Assembly (NCBI GenBank): GCA_051530055.1
Contig: JBMGUZ010000078.1
Location: forward strand, 1-11,770
Direction: 5' to 3'
Source: Neoechinorhynchus agilis
Lineage: Eukaryota; Animalia; Acanthocephala
Length of the DNA: 11,770 nucleotides
The notes under the pieces were generated by a model, which was not told the origin of the DNA, made no database searches, and saw only the letters and a program-made list of their open reading frames with translations. A program made the position numbers and the translations under genes. Positions 7,901-11,770 of this stretch are shown one piece after another (the stretch's first letter is position 1; the number at the start of each line of letters is the position of its first letter).

Positions 7901-10900
7901 GAAAGTTTTGACCATTTTAAGTCCTAAGAACACGTCCAAGGGAGAAAACTGACCCCATGAATATCTTGCGCCTGTAGAAAGTTTTGACCATTTTAAGTCC
8001 TAAGAACACGTCCAAGGGAGAAAACTGACCCCATGAATATCTTGCGCCTGTAGAAAGTTTTGACCATTTAAGGTCCTAAGAACACGTCCAAGGGAGAAAA
8101 CTGACCCCATGAATATCTTGCGCCTGTAGAAAGTTTTGACCATTTAAGGTCCTAAGAACACGTCCAAGGGAGAAAACTGACCCCATGAATATCTTGCGCC
8201 TGTAGAAAGTTTTGACCATTTTAAGTCCTAAGAACACGTCCAAGGGAGAAAACTGACCCCATGAATATCTTGCGCCTGTAGAAAGTTTTGACCATTTTAA
8301 GTCCTAAGAACACGTCCAAGGGAGAAAACTGACCCCATGAAATCTTGCGCCTGTAGAAAGTTTTGACCATTTAAGTCCTAAGAACACGTTCAAGGGAGAA
8401 AACTGACCCCATGAATATCTTGCGCCTGTAGAAAGTTTCTACCATTTTAGGTCCTAAGAACACGTCCAAGGGAGAAAACTGACACCATGAATATCTTGCG
8501 CCTGTTGAAAGTTTTGACCATTTTAAGTCCTAAGAACACGTCCAAGGGAGAAAACTGACCCCATGAATATCTTGCGCCTGTAGAAAGTTTTGACCATTTT
8601 ACGTCCTAAGAACACGTCCAAGGGAGAAAACTGAACCCATGAATATCTTGCGCCTGTAGAAAGTTTTGACCATTTAAGGTCCTAAGAACACGTCCAAGGG
8701 AGAAAACTGACCCCATGAATATCTTGCGCCTGTAGAAAGTTCTGACCATTTTAGGTCCTAAGAACACGTCCAAGGGAGAAAACTGACCCCATGAATATCT
8801 TGCGCCTGTAGAAAGTTTACCATTTTAGGTCCTAAGAACACGTCCAAGGGAGGAAACTGACCCCATGAATATCTTGCGCCTGTAGAACGTTTTGACCATT
8901 TTAGGTCCTAAGAACACGTCCAAAGGGAGGAAACTGACCCCACGAATATCTTGCGCCTGTAGAAAGTATTTACCATTTTAGGTCCTAAGAACACTTGCAA
9001 GGGAAAAAACTGACCCCATGAATACCTTGCGCCTGTAGAAAGTTTCTACCATTTTAGGTCCTAAGAACACGTCCAAGGGAGAAAACCGACCCCCATGAAT
9101 ATCTTGCGCCTGAAGAAAAGTTTTGACCATTTTAGGTCCTAAGAACACGTCCAAGGGAGAAAACTGACTCCATGAATATCTTGCGCCTATAGAAAGTATT
9201 TACCATTTCAGGTCCTAAGAACACGTCCAAAGGGAGGAAACTGACCCCATGAATATCTTGCGCCTGTAGAAAGTTTTGACCATTTTACGTCCTAAGAACA
9301 CGTCCAAGGGAGAAAACTGAACCCATGAATATCTTGCGCCTGTAGAAAGTTTTGACCATTTCAGGTCCTAAGAACACGTCCAAGGGAGAAAACTGACCCC
9401 ATGAATATCTTGCGCCTGTAGAAAGTTTTGACCATTTTAGGTCCTAAGAACACTTGCAAGGGAGAAAACTGACCACATGAATATCTTGCGCCTCTACAAA
9501 GTTTTGACCATTTAAGTCCTAAGAACACGTCCAAGGGAGAAAACTGACCCCATGAATATCTTGCGCCTGTAGAAAGTTTTGACCATTTTAGGTCCTAAGA
9601 ACACGTCCAAGGGAGAAAACTGACCCCATGAATATCTTGCGCCTGTAGAAAGTTTTGACCATTTCAGGTCCTAAGAACACGTCCAAGGGAGAAAACTGAC
9701 CCCATGAATATCTTGCGCCTGTAGAAAGTTTTTACCATTTTAGGTCCTAAGAACACGTCCAAGGAGAAAAAACACGTCCAAGGGAGAAAACTGACCCCAT
9801 GAATATCTTGCGCCTGTAGAAAGTTTTGACCATTTTAAGCCTAAGAACACGTCCAAGGGAGAAAACTGACCCCATGAATATCTTGCGCCTGTAGAAAGTT
9901 TTGACCATTTTAAGCCTAAGAACACGTCCAAGGGAGAAAACTGACCCCATGAATATCTTGCGCCTGTAGAAAGTTTTGACCACTTTAAGTCCTAAGAACA
10001 CGTCCAAGGGAGAAAACTGATCCCATGAATATCTTGCGCCTGCAGAAAGTTTTGACCACTTTAAGTCCTAAGAACACGTCCAAGGGAGAAAACTGATCCC
10101 ATGAATATCTTGCGCCTGTAGAAAGTTTTGACCATTTCAGGTCCTAAGAACACGTCCAAGGGAGAAAACTGACCCCATGAATATCTTGCGCCTGTAGAAA
10201 GTTTTGACCACTTTAAGTCCTAAGAACACGTCCAAGGGAGAAAACTGACCCCATGAATATCTTGCGCCTGTAGAAAGTTTTGACCACTTTAAGTCCTAAG
10301 AACACGTCCAAGGGAGAAAACTGATCCCATGAATATCTTGCGCCTGTAGAAAGTTGACCATTTTAAGTCCTAAGAACACGTCCAAGGGAGAAAACTGACC
10401 CCATGAATATCTTGCGCCTGTAGAAAGTTTTGACCACTTTAAGTCCTAAGAACACGTCCAAGGGAGAAAACTGACCCCATGAATATCTTGCGCCTGTAGA
10501 AAGTTTTGACCATTTTAGGTCCTAAGAACACGTCCAAGGGAGAAAACTGACCCCATGAATATCTTGCGCCTGTAGAAAGTTTTGACCATTTTAGGTCCTA
10601 AGAACACGTCCAAGGGAGAAAACTGACCCCATGAATATCTTGCGCCTGTAGAAAGTTTTGACCACTTTAAGTCCTAAGAACACGTCCAAGGGAGAAAACT
10701 GACCCCATGAATATCTTGCGCCTGTAGAAAGTTTTGACCATTTTAAGCCTAAGAACACGTCCAAGGGAGAAAACTGACCCCATGAATATCTTGCGCCTGT
10801 AGAAAGTTTTGACCACTTTAAGTCCTAAGAACACGTCCAAGGGAGAAAACTGACCCCATGAATATCTTGCGCCTGTAGAAAGTTTTGACCACTTTAAGTC

Positions 10901-11770
10901 CTAAGAACACGTCCAAGGGAGAAAACTGATCCCATGAATATCTTGCGCCTGTAGAAAGTTTTGACCACTTTAAGTCCTAAGAACACGTCCAAGGGAGAAA
11001 ACTGATCCCATGAATATCTTGCGCCTGTAGAAAGTTTTGACCATTTCAGGTCCTAAGAACACGTCCAAGGGAGAAAACTGACCCCATGAATATCTTGCGC
11101 CTGTAGAAAGTTTTGACCACTTTAAGTCCTAAGAACACGTCCAAGGGAGAAAACTGACCCCATGAATATCTTGCGCCTGTAGAAAGTTTTGACCACTTTA
11201 AGTCCTAAGAACACGTCCAAGGGAGAAAACTGACCCCATGAATATCTTGCGCCTGTAGAAAGTTTTGACCACTTTAAGTCCTAAGAACACGTCCAAGGGA
11301 GAAAACTGACCCCATGAATATCTTGCGCCTGTAGAAAGTTTTGACCACTTTAAGTCCTAAGAACACGTCCAAGGGAGAAAACTGATCCCATGAATATCTT
11401 GCGCCTGCAGAAAGTTTTGACCACTTTAAGTCCTAAGAACACGTCCAAGGGAGAAAACTGACCCCATGAATATCTTGCGCCTGTAGAAAGTTTTGACCAT
11501 TTTAAGTCCTAAGAACACGTCCAAGGGAGAAAACTGACCCCATGAATATCTTGCGCCTGTAGAAAGTTTTGACCATTTTAGGTCCTAAGAACACGTCCAA
11601 GGGAGAAAACTGACCCCATGAATATCTTGCGCCTGTAGAAAGTTTTGACCACTTTAAGTCCTAAGAACACGTCCAAGGGAGAAAACTGATCCCATGAATA
11701 TCTTGCGCCTGTAGAAAGTTTTGACCACTTTAAGTCCTAAGAACACGTCCAAGGGAGAAAACTGATCCCA
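4903..11770. repeat. 76-bp tandem satellite DNA, about 90 monomers, extending beyond the window
   Basis: Consensus CCAAGGGAGAAAACTGACCCCATGAATATCTTGCGCCTGTAGAAAGTTTTGACCATTTTAAGTCCTAAGAACACGT (76 bp, 32/76 G+C). The period is confirmed by monomer starts at 7860, 7936 and 8012. Copies are head-to-tail with no unique spacers. Confidence 0.98.

Noticed and set aside
9740-10007. Minus-strand repeat-protein ORFs (MVKTFYRRKIFMGSVFSLGRVLRLK units); likewise 4719-4982, 6681-6902 and 7108-7470
   Set aside because: These are translations of the satellite. The frame stays open only where 75-bp or deleted monomers happen to preserve it, and the 76-bp consensus shifts frame every unit.
4903-11770. CRISPR array
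   Set aside because: The whole 76-bp unit repeats with no unique spacers, there are no cas genes, and the context is eukaryotic.

Overview
This is AT-rich eukaryotic genomic DNA at a boundary between unique sequence and a satellite array; the host taxon cannot be determined from the sequence. From left to right: (1) an uninterrupted ORF at 962-1705 encoding a divergent RPB5 (shared RNA polymerase subunit) with an N-terminal extension of about 44 aa; (2) a 100-bp near-perfect hairpin at 1890-1989, directly abutting (3) a GC-rich, frameshifted, truncated fragment of a CRE-clade-like non-LTR retrotransposon (CCHC knuckle plus the first half of a restriction-like endonuclease, about 1992-2470); (4) about 1.7 kb of AT-rich non-coding DNA; (5) a 76-bp tandem satellite of about 100 monomers that fades in from about 4200 and runs off the right edge. 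Diagnostic monomer variants record the array's history: a degenerate edge, an internal duplication at about 2.7-3.1 kb offset, a precise one-monomer indel, a shared 22-bp deletion junction and an incipient higher-order repeat of about 12 monomers. I see no convincing new multi-gene system. The best leads are the hairpin/retroelement junction and the identity of the RPB5 copy.
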